Shown: positions 28,514 through 38,372, numbered from the stretch's first letter. The stretch is 61,848 nt of DNA from Clostridiales bacterium (GCA_021202175.1 JAJQDO010000010.1:1-61848); one strand, 5' to 3'. Made by a program: numbers and translations. Notes: generated from the letters alone by a model not told the origin.

Positions 28514-29077
28514 TTAATTTATCACGCCCTTTTTTTTGAGAGAATTAAACAATGATTTGGTTATCCTTCTACTTGTGTTGCAATTTTTATTACGGCCCCC
28601 ATGATGAATACCATATACCACGTTACTGTCATTATAAACAGGGCTTCCGCTTTGCCCTTTTTCTGTATCTGCCGAATATCTGATCTCATACTTTGTCACC
28701 TTATATGGAGAAGAATTATCTTTATACATATATACTCTATAACCGAGTACATCAGATTTAGTATCCTTCACCATTTTGTCTGCAGGGTACCCACATATAG
28801 TGAATGTCATCACTTTAAGTTTAGCTTTCGTTGTATAACCTATTGAAAACCAACCAATAGTACTGCCAATATTTGAAGATAATTTCATATAAGCCCAATC
28901 ATTAGCTGTAGATGGAGTTGAAGGATAGGAAGTGCAATAAGAGTAAGATGAAATAGACGCTTTTTTCTTATATGAAGACCCATTTACTCCAAAGTATGCC
29001 GTCACACTCTGAGCTGCTCCGTACTTTTCACTGTACACAACATGTGCTGATGTCATCATATATTTTTTATTTATCAT
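28514..29077 (-). CDS. Trypsin-like S1B (glutamyl-endopeptidase-type) protease catalytic domain; 3' part of a frameshifted gene
   Basis: TSAHVV (His), NDWAYMKL (Asp), GYPADK, GQSGSPV (Ser). Confidence 0.8.
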   Translation of the reverse strand: MINKKYMMTSAHVVYSEKYGAAQSVTAYFGVNGSSYKKKASISSYSYCTSYPSTPSTANDWAYMKLSSNIGSTIGWFSIGYTTKAKLKVMTFTICGYPADKMVKDTKSDVLGYRVYMYKDNSSPYKVTKYEIRYSADTEKGQSGSPVYNDSNVVYGIHHGGRNKNCNTSRRITKSLFNSLKKKGVIN

Positions 29078-29163
29078 AAATCCAGTGGCATACCCTGTTG
29101 CACCACTTTTATACTTAACATAAAGGAAGGCAATTCTATAATACGGAGTGGATGTTACAAGTG

Positions 29164-29949
29164 TTACTTTTTTCTGCTATCTGAATTACCTATAATTTGA
29201 TTGAGATCTATAGAATCATTATCCGATTCAGCTAATTCATTCCCATTTCCGCTAATCTCTATATCTGCTTTGCCATTAGAGTCCGATGATATATCTGACT
29301 CATAATTTTCAGTATTTGTTTGTGATTCATAAACAGTTTCACTAAATATATCAAGAGAAGTACTCCCCGTAGAAACATCATATGTCGTAAAATCAGCAGC
29401 TGAATATATAGAATTTATATATTCTTCATCCGCAGATTCCATATCGGTATCTTTGAAACACCCATAAAGCCGATATTCAAGTTCTGTTCCTGGAAATGAG
29501 TTGCTAAATACTGTTATAGTAAATGTTTTATAATCTGCTACTTCAATTGCATCTTCATCGTTAACAGAGGCTAATGATTTTACTTCGGTATTTTCCACTA
29601 CCTCAACTTCATTAGAATTTATAATCTCATAATCGGCCTCATATGAAATTCCCCAATTATAAACAGGCAAAAACCCTTCATTATATAATGTAAATTGCAA
29701 AGTATATTTATTTCCATTTTTTTTGACTACATCAACTTTGATAGCAACATCTGTTATCTCAAATACTTCTGCTGTATTAGTTGGCTCCTCTTCATCAATA
29801 TCAATCTCTTCAAATGTGTTTCCGATTGAAATACTATCTTCATCTGTTGAAACACCAACATCTGCAAACGTCTGTACCGGCATAATACACATTGCCATTA
29901 CAAAAGCCAAAATCATACATGTTATTTTTTTCATATTTCTTTGTATCAT
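29164..29949 (-). CDS. Secreted protease precursor 5' part (signal peptide, possible CBM2-like domain, acidic pro-region)
   Basis: Ends IIGNSDSRKK; one extra A at 29168-29173 continues KVTLVTSTPYYRIA..ATGFMINKK into the protease ORF. Confidence 0.7.
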   Translation of the reverse strand: MIQRNMKKITCMILAFVMAMCIMPVQTFADVGVSTDEDSISIGNTFEEIDIDEEEPTNTAEVFEITDVAIKVDVVKKNGNKYTLQFTLYNEGFLPVYNWGISYEADYEIINSNEVEVVENTEVKSLASVNDEDAIEVADYKTFTITVFSNSFPGTELEYRLYGCFKDTDMESADEEYINSIYSAADFTTYDVSTGSTSLDIFSETVYESQTNTENYESDISSDSNGKADIEISGNGNELAESDNDSIDLNQIIGNSDSRKK

Positions 29950-30229
29950 AATTCCTCCTTTTGGTAGTTAACGTCGGGTACCAAACTACCTAATAATACA
30001 TATTTTTAATATGTATTCTAATACTCCGATATTTCTTACTAATAAAAAGTCAACCTATCATACGCTCATTTCAACCACCTCTCAATCAAAAATTCCTATC
30101 TCACTTTCACTGTTGTTTAAATCATATCATCTCATACAATTCATGTCAATCAATATTTTGTTGAACAAAATATTGATCTAAATAATATTTGTGATAAAAT
30201 AATTCTATATGAGAAGAAAGGGAATAAGC

Positions 30230-30607
30230 ATGAATGCAAAAAATTATTTCCTGAGTGGCGTAACAGAGCTCTTAATCTTATCTGTTCTAAAAAATCATGA
30301 TGCTTATGTCTACGAGATTGTTAAAACAATCAATGACATGTCTGGTAATTCTTTTTCGATATCGCAAAATACAATCTATGCATCTACTTATAAGTTACAA
30401 GAAGAGAATAAGATTACAGAACACAGTAAACTGGTCGGTAAGAGAAGAACCAGGGTATACTATCACATCGAAAAAAGTGGCCTGGAATACCTCTCTGAAC
30501 TTCTGGAAAACTATCGTGTCACAACATCATGTGTAAACACTATGTTGGACAGTTTAATGAATGGACAAGAGACGGCCGAGGAGGAAGAAAATGAACAAAA
30601 ATTGTAA
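30230..30607 (+). CDS. PadR-family transcriptional regulator
   Basis: ELLILSVL..DAYVYEI, QNTIY..KL, RTRVYYHI..G. Confidence 0.85.
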   Translation: MNAKNYFLSGVTELLILSVLKNHDAYVYEIVKTINDMSGNSFSISQNTIYASTYKLQEENKITEHSKLVGKRRTRVYYHIEKSGLEYLSELLENYRVTTSCVNTMLDSLMNGQETAEEEENEQKL

Positions 30608-30959
30608 AGAGTACATCTCCCAGGTAAAATTGTTATTCCCCATTATGGGCAAACGTGAAAAGAAATATATTGATGATTTATCAATAAACCTCCAAGACAG
30701 TTTTGATGAATCCGTTTCTTTAGAAGACATATATGAAAGCTTTGGCACTCCGGAGGAAACAGTTAATTTATATTTTTCCAATACAGATATGAATTATATA
30801 ATAAAAAGAATCAGACGGTCAAGAATGATAAAAGGCTGTCTGGCAGCCATATCTATCGTAATCATCATAACCTTGATACTCTTTAACATTTACATTTACG
30901 AAGAGCATCAGATATTTAAAAGAGAAGAAATGATAAATATCGAAACCACCATCGAATAA
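30591..30959 (+). CDS. PadR-associated membrane protein (HAAS-like N-terminal domain plus TM)
   Basis: EYISQVK...IYESFGTPEE motif then a TM helix; overlaps the padR stop. Confidence 0.6.
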   Translation: MNKNCKEYISQVKLLFPIMGKREKKYIDDLSINLQDSFDESVSLEDIYESFGTPEETVNLYFSNTDMNYIIKRIRRSRMIKGCLAAISIVIIITLILFNIYIYEEHQIFKREEMINIETTIE

Positions 30960-31035
30960 ACCTTTATACAGAAATACAAAATGGCAATTATATTGCCATT
31001 ATTACACTTAGTTAATGACAATAGGGAGATCAGTA

Positions 31036-31515
31036 ATGAAGAAAACATTATTATTTATAGTTTTCGTAATCACTTTTTTATCAAACTCTATTTTTGTAAA
31101 CGCTGCAGTTATTTCAAAAAACAGCCAAGATACTAACTTTGATAAGGCATTTTATATTGAACACTATATCTATGGCAATTCTGCTGAAGATTCCAATGTT
31201 CAAACCCAAAGCACGACCAAAACCATTACAAAAACAAAGAAGAGCGTCGCCAAAAATTCATCCGGGGACATTCTTTGGTCTGTCACTATCAAGGCAACTT
31301 TTTCTTATGATGGAGAAACATCTAAGTGTACCAGTTATTCGCACAGCACAAGTTCACCTGGAAAATCATGGTCAATAAAAAGTTCATCGTACAGTAAAAG
31401 CGGAAACTCTGCCACAGTGAAAGCAACAGCCATACATAAAGGAACAGACGGTACAGAAAAATCTTACTCTAGATCAGTTACTATTAAATGCAGTCCCAGT
31501 GGGGTGATTTCATAA
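31036..31515 (+). CDS. Secreted hypothetical protein (Ser/Thr-rich, Cys pair)
   Basis: Signal peptide ending VNA; GGGAG RBS. Confidence 0.65.
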   Translation: MKKTLLFIVFVITFLSNSIFVNAAVISKNSQDTNFDKAFYIEHYIYGNSAEDSNVQTQSTTKTITKTKKSVAKNSSGDILWSVTIKATFSYDGETSKCTSYSHSTSSPGKSWSIKSSSYSKSGNSATVKATAIHKGTDGTEKSYSRSVTIKCSPSGVIS

Positions 31516-31542
31516 ATGCAAAGACTCCTTTATGTGATATTG

Positions 31543-31596
31543 TTAGTATATGCAATTTTTAAGATAAATTCAACCTATTTCTGATATTATAGAATA
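31543..31596 (+). repeat. 54-bp direct repeat, left copy
   Basis: 52/54 identical to 32260-32313. Confidence 0.9.
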
Positions 31597-31617
31597 AAAT
31601 ATCAATAAAAACTGACT

Positions 31618-31993
31618 TTAAAGCTGGTGTGTTGCAATCCAGTGAAGCAAATCCTTAAAACCGGATTCTCCCGCAGCTATTTTGAGGAATATATCGGACA
31701 GTTCTTCCTGCGTATAATCAAGCTCAACTTTGTTGAGCGCAAGAAATACAAGCATCGCATGAGCGCCGATGCGTTTGTTTCCGTCAATAAAAGCGTTTCA
31801 TTACAAGACCATAACTAAGTCGGGCTGCTTTTTGCTGAATGGACGGATATGCATCCGTATTTCCAAAGCTATGAAACGGTGCATTTAACGCAGAGTCAAG
31901 CAGCTCGTCATCGCGGATGCCATCGCTGCCGCCGGTTTCTTCCAGAAGCTGTGTGTGCAGTAATAGAATCTGTTCCTTTGAGAGAATAATCAT
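31618..31993 (-). pseudogene. doc: Doc/Fic-family toxin, frameshifted at the catalytic His
   Basis: GGSDGIRD..LLDSAL..P, KAARL; AFIDGNKRIG...WIATHQL* continues in another frame; about 2 bp are missing at the N-H codons (near 31795). Confidence 0.85.
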
Positions 31994-32232
31994 TTGGCCA
32001 ACACCTCATATGCCTCATGATTTTTTGCGACCAGCCGTCTGGATACAGAAAGGACATCCTCATCGCTTGCGGTCTGCTCTTCTTCAGCAGAACTAAAATC
32101 AATAAGCAGATAACGCGGAGTGTTGTTCTTTAAGATGACAACCGCTCCACTTTCATCAACCATGCGGGCAATCCGCGAGAAGTTCTGGTTAGCCTCCGTG
32201 ATGGAGACAAAATTACTGGTGTTTACTTTCAT
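31990..32232 (-). CDS. phd: Phd/YefM-family antitoxin
   Basis: VSITEANQNFSRIARMVDE.GAVVILKNNTPRY; ATGA overlap with doc. Confidence 0.88.
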   Translation of the reverse strand: MKVNTSNFVSITEANQNFSRIARMVDESGAVVILKNNTPRYLLIDFSSAEEEQTASDEDVLSVSRRLVAKNHEAYEVLAK

Positions 32233-32259
32233 GTGTATGACCTCCTTTATTTGATACCA

Positions 32260-32313
32260 TTAGTATATGCAATTTTTAGGAGAAATTCAACCTATTTCTG
32301 ATATTATAGAATA
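32260..32313 (+). repeat. 54-bp direct repeat, right copy, containing the phd-doc promoter
   Basis: Minus strand TTGAAT-17bp-TATACT just upstream of phd. Confidence 0.9.
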
Positions 32314-32362
32314 GGGAACAGTTTTTCTGTTCCCCATCTTTTTTTCTGATATAACAACTTTT

Positions 32363-33682
32363 TTATATTTCCCGGATTCTCCGGCATTCGGTATAGTACC
32401 GCTTATCCTCCGCATGTCCCATAGAAAATGTCTTCCGGGGCAGAGAACCGTCTGCCAGCACTGTGGGGAAGAGCTCTCCCTTTCCCATATCCGGGAGCAG
32501 AAATCCCACGCTGTCCTTCTTCATAGACAAGGTTTCCACTGTGTCAGCTCCGTGGATATAATCCACCTTCGCCGGATGTTCTTTTACATACTCATTCAGG
32601 AAATTCTGCAGGCTTCCTACCGTCAGTTTCGACAGCGGCTTTGTAATCTGCACTCTTTGCTTCCTTCCCTGTCTGACCACCACCATTTCCTGGCTACTAT
32701 CCCTGCGGTCAATCGCTTCGGTTCCTTTGGATTCCGGGATGGAAACCAAACCAAGGCAGGCGGTCATCTCTTTCATCAGATTGTCTCCATCTACCTGTTT
32801 TACGATGCGGTGAATTGCCTCAAATTCCAGAGCCGGGCTGTGTACATTAACAATTTCTGCCAGAGCATAGCGAGCCGGATGGTTGGAAAGATCTTTCCCT
32901 GGATTTTCCGCTTTTAACTGCTCATAGTATTACTTTGCTGATGACAGAGAATGCTTTCCATCCCCCACGCAATACAGCAAAACCGAAGGCACATCCGCTT
33001 TTCGATCTGCGATCACCTGCTGTGCTTTTCTGGCTTCCTCCAAATGCATCTGGTCAATGGCCGCCAGAATCTTCGCCTGCTCACTCTCTCCCAGAAGGTA
33101 TCCCCTGATATGACCGCCGCCCAGCATCAGATCAAAATCATAAAGTAATTTACTTTCATCCTTCATGCCCGCAACGGGCTCCACGATACTTTTTTTATTA
33201 TCATCAATCAAAATCATAATATGCGGAATCTCCATAGGCGCATTTCTGCGCACACGGATTCTCGCCGGAATGCGCTCCACCAAAGTTGCTTCCGTCGCCC
33301 GCACCAGTGAATGGCTTCCTTTATGATAATCATACTGTTCGAGATCAATGCCGCCTACGATGCCGGCCCGCATCTTACCGGTGCTGTCCGTTCTTTCCAC
33401 GTAGATCATCGCATTTTTATATTCTTCAAAAATATCCTCTTCGATATATTTTTCCATGAAATAGCGGATATTTACCAATCGTTTTTCCTCTTCCGGTCCA
33501 TCCAGATAGACCTCCGGCAATATCATTCGCAAAGCAGAAGGATTGTCGCCTACCAGTTCTTCCACTTTTTCCCAATATTCTGGTTCACTGGTAAACTGAT
33601 CACAGGCGATCACAGACCACTTGCTCATGTCTATTCCTTTCTTTGGCAGGATGATGTCCACCGGACAGAACCCTCTTTTCAT
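32363..33682 (-). CDS. DUF1015-family protein, interrupted by an in-frame TAA at 32930-32932
   Basis: WSVIACDQFTS, RATEAT..RIP.R, FDLMLGGGH; after the stop HPARYALAEIVN..FEAIHR; C-terminal LPRKTFSMG. Confidence 0.8.
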
Positions 33683-33757
33683 ATTGTATATCCTCTCTTT
33701 CTTCTCGAATCTTCTGTACAATCCACTATATATCCTCATGCTGTAAACGGAAATCAT

Positions 33758-34447
33758 TTACTCCTGCACAAAATCTCTCCAACTTATCCTGCTGTGTGGC
33801 GGATAAAGGATAATCCGGTCATCCTTCTTCAGGTTTTCGATATCCTGCAACAGATACGCCGTCAGCCAACGCATGTCTCCTTTCAGACACCATAGCTGCA
33901 AATGAAAATCTGCCGCGATTTCTCTTCCTTTTCTGGTAAATGCATCAAAATCTCCCCGGCCGGTGTCAATCAGCGACAAGGATTCATATCCCTGAAATAT
34001 CTGTTCATAAATGCTGTCCGCCACTGCCTGGCCATATCGATCCACCGCTTCTTTATATTGTCTGTGGAGGTTCGCCTCCCCCTGAAGCCACCCTTCTGTA
34101 AGATAATAACTTCGCTGCTTTTTGTCAAGCTCGTTTCTTCTTTCCGCCGAGCCCAAAAGCAAAGTAATACAGTCATGCGTTTTTGGCATCACTGTCTCAT
34201 AATCACCGGTTTCCAAATCATCCGCCATATTTCCACAAAGTCCAAAACAAAGCAAAAGCCGATCGATATGCAGGTCGTCCAATCGCCGCATTTCCCCTCG
34301 CACCGCCTCCTGGAGACGGTCTCTGGTGTGATGCATTCCGGACGGCACGTAAAAAATCGGAGCAATGTCAATGTCTCGCGGATACTCTGCCACAATCTGC
34401 TCTATTTCTCTTTCTATCGTCTGACAGGCAATCAATGCGGTTTTCAT
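33758..34447 (-). CDS. DUF1638-family protein
   Basis: IAC.TI..E, GMH, FGLCGN, HDCITLLLGS, YYLTEGW, LIDTG. Confidence 0.75.
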   Translation of the reverse strand: MKTALIACQTIEREIEQIVAEYPRDIDIAPIFYVPSGMHHTRDRLQEAVRGEMRRLDDLHIDRLLLCFGLCGNMADDLETGDYETVMPKTHDCITLLLGSAERRNELDKKQRSYYLTEGWLQGEANLHRQYKEAVDRYGQAVADSIYEQIFQGYESLSLIDTGRGDFDAFTRKGREIAADFHLQLWCLKGDMRWLTAYLLQDIENLKKDDRIILYPPHSRISWRDFVQE

Positions 34448-34450
34448 TTC

Positions 34451-36325
34451 TTAGATTCCTATTCCATTTTTCTGGTTTTCTATCTGCTCAGCCAAATCCG
34501 TGAGATAGACCCAGCGTTCGGTCTTTTTATCCAGGCGCTCCTGCGTCTCTTCTCTTTTTTGTGTCCACTCATTCAACTTGACGAAATCGGTGGCACATTT
34601 CTCAATCTCCGCATCAATCCCTTGCAGTTCTTCTTCAAGCAAAGCAATATCATCGTCAATGGTCTCGTATTCTTTCTGTTCCGCATACGTAAAGCGCAGC
34701 TTTTGCGGTCTGGATCTGCGACCGGAACCCTTTTCCCCTGTCTTTATATTTTTATCCTGCCCAACCTGTGTCGAATCTCGCTTTGATTCCTTTTTCTTAT
34801 GAACCGTGGCGCTGCCTTCCACATGGGTGATGGCCTGATCCGAAAAACCATCCCGCTTCCTCTTCTCCAGGTATTCCGAATATCCGCCTTCATAAATGAT
34901 AATGCGGCCATCCTCGAAGGAGGCGATGCGGTCCGCGATACGATCCAGAAAATAGCGGTCATGAGATACCACGATCACGATACCCAAAAAGGAATCCAGA
35001 AAATCTTCCAGCGCCTGAAGTGTGGCAATGTCCAGATCGTTCGTAGGCTCATCCAATATCAGCACATTCGGTGAACTCATCAACACACGGAGAAGATACA
35101 ATCTTCTTCTTTCACCGCCAGATATTTTCGATATCGGCGCGTACTGCATGTCCGGACTGAAAAGAAAACGTTCCAGCATCCGAGAAGCCGTAATGTGCCC
35201 CGTGGATGTGCGGATGTATTCCGCCTGATCCTTGATATAATCGATCACGCGCTGTCTCTCGTCCATCACTTCACATTCCTGAGCAAAGTATCCGATTTTA
35301 ATCGTCTCACCCCAGTCGATTGTGCCGCTATCTGGCTCTTCCAGCCCAGCCAGGATGCGCATCAACGTGGATTTCCCACAGCCATTCGTCCCGACAAACC
35401 CGATCCGCTCGTAGCGTTGAAAAATATAGGAAAAATCAGAAACCAGCGTCTTTCCACCGTATCCCTTGGCAATCCGCTGCAGCTCAATCGTCTTCTTGCC
35501 AAGCCGTGCGCCGACCGCTTCCATCTCCACCTGCTTCGCGCTTTGAGGAGACTCCATATTTTTCAAACGCTCATAGCGTTCCAGACGGGCTTTCTGCTTC
35601 GTACTTCTGGCTCTGGCGCCACGCATCACCCACTGCAGCTCGACACGCAAAATACTCTGCCGTTTCTGCTCGGCCGCTCTTTCCATGTCCTCACGCTGCA
35701 TCTTCTGTTCCAGATACCCGGAATAATTGGTCTCATACTGGTACACCTGTCCCCGATCAATCTCCCAAAGGCGATTGGTAACCCGGTCAAGGAAATACCG
35801 ATCATGGGTTACCATCAGCAAAATCTCTTTATAGCGGGTCAGATATCCTTCCAGCCATTCCGTCATACGATTATCCAGGTGGTTTGTCGGCTCATCCAAT
35901 ATCAGGATGTCCGGTTTTTGCAGCAGCACTTTACAAAGAGCCACTCTCTTCCTCTGACCGCCGGAAAGCTGCCCCATCTCGCAGGAAACATCGTAGATCT
36001 CCAGAACATCCAGCATGGACTTTGCCTCACTCTCAAAAGCATAATCCTCCGCAGCATCCCCACACACATAGGAAAGCGCGCTCTCCTCTTCCGCAAATAC
36101 CGGTGTCTGTGGAAGCCAGCCAACGGTCAATCCTCTGGATAACACGATATCTCCGCTGTCTGTCTCCTCGTCCCCGGCAATCAGGCGCAGCAAGGTTGAT
36201 TTTCCCGTACCATTTATACCTATGATTCCTATTTTATCCCCATAATCCACGCTGCAGGATAAATCATCAAGCACCATCCTATCACCGTACAATTTGGAAA
36301 TATGTTCTATATTAATCACACTCAT
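34451..36325 (-). CDS. ABC-F family ATPase (Uup/YfmR-like)
   Basis: Two ABC domains (GINGTGKST, LSGGQ, DEPTNHLD; GTNGCGKST, ISGGE), ARSTKQKAR linker, C-terminal coiled coil, no TM. Confidence 0.92.
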   Translation of the reverse strand: MSVINIEHISKLYGDRMVLDDLSCSVDYGDKIGIIGINGTGKSTLLRLIAGDEETDSGDIVLSRGLTVGWLPQTPVFAEEESALSYVCGDAAEDYAFESEAKSMLDVLEIYDVSCEMGQLSGGQRKRVALCKVLLQKPDILILDEPTNHLDNRMTEWLEGYLTRYKEILLMVTHDRYFLDRVTNRLWEIDRGQVYQYETNYSGYLEQKMQREDMERAAEQKRQSILRVELQWVMRGARARSTKQKARLERYERLKNMESPQSAKQVEMEAVGARLGKKTIELQRIAKGYGGKTLVSDFSYIFQRYERIGFVGTNGCGKSTLMRILAGLEEPDSGTIDWGETIKIGYFAQECEVMDERQRVIDYIKDQAEYIRTSTGHITASRMLERFLFSPDMQYAPISKISGGERRRLYLLRVLMSSPNVLILDEPTNDLDIATLQALEDFLDSFLGIVIVVSHDRYFLDRIADRIASFEDGRIIIYEGGYSEYLEKRKRDGFSDQAITHVEGSATVHKKKESKRDSTQVGQDKNIKTGEKGSGRRSRPQKLRFTYAEQKEYETIDDDIALLEEELQGIDAEIEKCATDFVKLNEWTQKREETQERLDKKTERWVYLTDLAEQIENQKNGIGI

Positions 36326-36623
36326 CGCCGTATCACACTTATCCTGATTCTAATTCCTTAATTCATCGATGAAAATACAGAAAAACGCAACATTTCAACA
36401 TGTCTTATAATGATACATCAATGGCATGTTCAAAAACAAGCCCCGTCACGCTTCCTGCAAAGCCAGAATTATTGTACTTTATCCCTTACATTTCGTCAAC
36501 TACAAAACTACCTTGGAATGCTGATATTTTCGCGTTTTATGCCTGCGTTATTTTTTCAATACCCTCATGCATCCATCTATTATTAACAAAAATATTGAAA
36601 TAATACGACTACCTGCAAAAGAC

Positions 36624-36663
36624 ATGAAAAAGCCGGGAGTCTCTTAACCAAAGTCTCCCGGCT
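36624..36663 (-). terminator. Second intrinsic terminator downstream of the tRNA cluster
   Basis: AGCCGGGAG...CTCCCGGCT followed by TTTT on the minus strand. Confidence 0.55.
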
Positions 36664-36751
36664 GATATAGTTAACAACTTTATGTCGTTTACTACGCTCC
36701 GATCGCTGGCTGCGTAAGCAGTCATTCCCTGTGCAATCGTGTGCATAATAT

Positions 36752-36790
36752 TAATAGGGAACGACAAATTATTTTTGTCGTTCCCTATTA
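36752..36790 (-). terminator. Hairpin immediately after tRNA-Leu
   Basis: TAATAGGGAACGACAAA-loop-TTTGTCGTTCCCTATTA. Confidence 0.6.
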
Positions 36791-36793
36791 ATA

Positions 36794-36875
36794 TGCGGAT
36801 AACAGGACTTGAACCTGCACGGGAATTCCCACCAGAACCTAAATCTGGCGCGTCTGCCAATTCCGCCATATCCGC
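36794..36875 (-). tRNA. tRNA-Leu(TAG)
   Basis: GCGGATATGGCGGAATTGGCAGACGCG-CCAGA-TTTAGGT-TCTGG, long variable arm, GTTCAA. Confidence 0.93.
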
Positions 36876-36891
36876 CCATATTCAGATATAA

Positions 36892-36966
36892 TCGGGGTGA
36901 CAGGATTCGAACCTGCGGCCTCTTGATCCCAAATCAAGCACTCTAGCCAAGCTGAGCCACACCCCG
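36892..36966 (-). tRNA. tRNA-Pro(TGG)
   Basis: CGGGGTG acceptor; CTTGA-TTTGGGA-TCAAG anticodon arm. Confidence 0.95.
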
Positions 36967-37065
36967 GTGCAATAAAAATATATAATCAATGATATACTGT
37001 GAATAACCGCTCTCGGCAGTTAGCATAACATAAAGAGGAATCGCTGCGCAAGCAACGATTCCTGA

Positions 37066-37138
37066 TGAGACATCGGGGATTCGAACCCCGGACAACTTGA
37101 TTAAAAGTCAAGTGCTCTACCAACTGAGCTAATATCCC
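37066..37138 (-). tRNA. tRNA-Lys(TTT)
   Basis: CTTGA-CTTTTAA-TCAAG anticodon arm; GTTCGAATC. Confidence 0.95.
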
Positions 37139-37304
37139 ATATGGACAACACTATAATATAAAAGCATAACAGAATGTCCAACTATACGTCCATGCAAGCA
37201 TAATCGATCGCCGGCCATTCCACAGTGCTTTTACAATAAAAAAAGGAGAGTAGCTTTTACTTTACTCTCACTGACGGACACAGAGACTCGAACCTCCGGT
37301 CCAA

Positions 37305-37376
37305 CTGGACTAGCTGGATTCGAACCAGCGAATGCAGGAGTCAAAGTCCTGTGCCTTACCGCTTGGCGATAGCCCA
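37305..37376 (-). tRNA. tRNA-Gln(TTG)
   Basis: TGGGCTATCGCCAAGCGGTAAGGC; CAGGA-CTTTGAC-TCCTG. Confidence 0.95.
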
Positions 37377-37380
37377 TCAA

Positions 37381-37455
37381 GGTGGGTAGAGGGACTCGAA
37401 CCCTCGGCCTCCAGAGCCACAATCTGGCGCGCTAACCAACTGCGCCACACCCACC
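37381..37455 (-). tRNA. tRNA-His(GTG)
   Basis: CCAGA-TTGTGGC-TCTGG; encoded G-1. Confidence 0.95.
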
Positions 37456-37477
37456 ATAGTCAGGACAGCCTGACAAA

Positions 37478-37551
<74 letters not shown>

Positions 37552-37605
37552 GTACTTATGGATATGATATATATCATATAAAATTGTTCTTCTGCTCATA
37601 GCAGA

Positions 37606-37676
37606 AGCGGGTGATGGGAATCAAACCCACGTGTCCAGCTTGGAAGGCTGGTGTTCTACCATTGAACTACACCCGC
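37606..37676 (-). tRNA. tRNA-Gly(TCC)
   Basis: CCAGC-CTTCCAA-GCTGG; the T-loop reads TTTGATT. Confidence 0.9.
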
Positions 37677-37682
37677 AGAATC

Positions 37683-37757
37683 TCGGGGTGACAGGATTCG
37701 AACCTGCGGCCTCTTGATCCCAAATCAAGCACTCTAGCCAAGCTGAGCCACACCCCG
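37683..37757 (-). tRNA. tRNA-Pro(TGG), identical to 36892-36966
   Basis: Same sequence as the other Pro gene. Confidence 0.95.
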
Positions 37758-37824
37758 ACGTAATCTCTTACGCTGGCGCACAATCACACGAACATCCTGT
37801 CTGTTTTTTGCGCTAACAGATAGA

Positions 37825-37853
37825 ATTATATAACAGCCAAAAACAAATGTCAA
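37825..37853 (-). promoter_or_regulatory. tRNA operon promoter
   Basis: Perfect TTGACA-17bp-TATAAT on the minus strand. Confidence 0.85.
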
Positions 37854-38072
37854 CAACTATTTCATCTTTTTTCTATTGTTTCAATTATATGTATTTTTTA
37901 TACAATTCATACAAGTCTGACGGGAGCAACGATACATTCGCAGTAAAATCATTATGTGGATATGTATCTTTTGCAAAACATTTCTTTACCGGAATAAGCT
38001 GTCCATTCTAATTATTAAAAGATTTAAAAAGGGATATGATGTCTCCACCATATCCGCGTCTGTCAGATCGTC

Positions 38073-38372
38073 TTATTCCTCTGCAGCTTCTTCAGCAGCT
38101 TCTTCCGATTCTTCCTTCTCCTCTTCCTCTTCTTCGTCATCATCATCAAAGAAGTCTTCTTCGTCAAAGTCGTCAAAATCTTCGTCTACATCATCAATAT
38201 AGTCCGGGGATAAATATTTATATACCAACGCTGCAATGGCTGCGACAGCGGCGATGGCACCGATAATGGTCAGCACCCATAATACTTTCTTGGATTCATC
38301 CTCTTTCTCTTTCTGATTAGTGATAAGATTAGATAACTTGACAGCCTCGATGAACTCATCAATATTTTTCAT
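38073..38372 (-). CDS. Small membrane protein with an acidic tail
   Basis: One TM, then PDY..D..EDFDD and poly-E/D; AAGGAGG RBS. Confidence 0.7.
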   Translation of the reverse strand: MKNIDEFIEAVKLSNLITNQKEKEDESKKVLWVLTIIGAIAAVAAIAALVYKYLSPDYIDDVDEDFDDFDEEDFFDDDDEEEEEEKEESEEAAEEAAEE

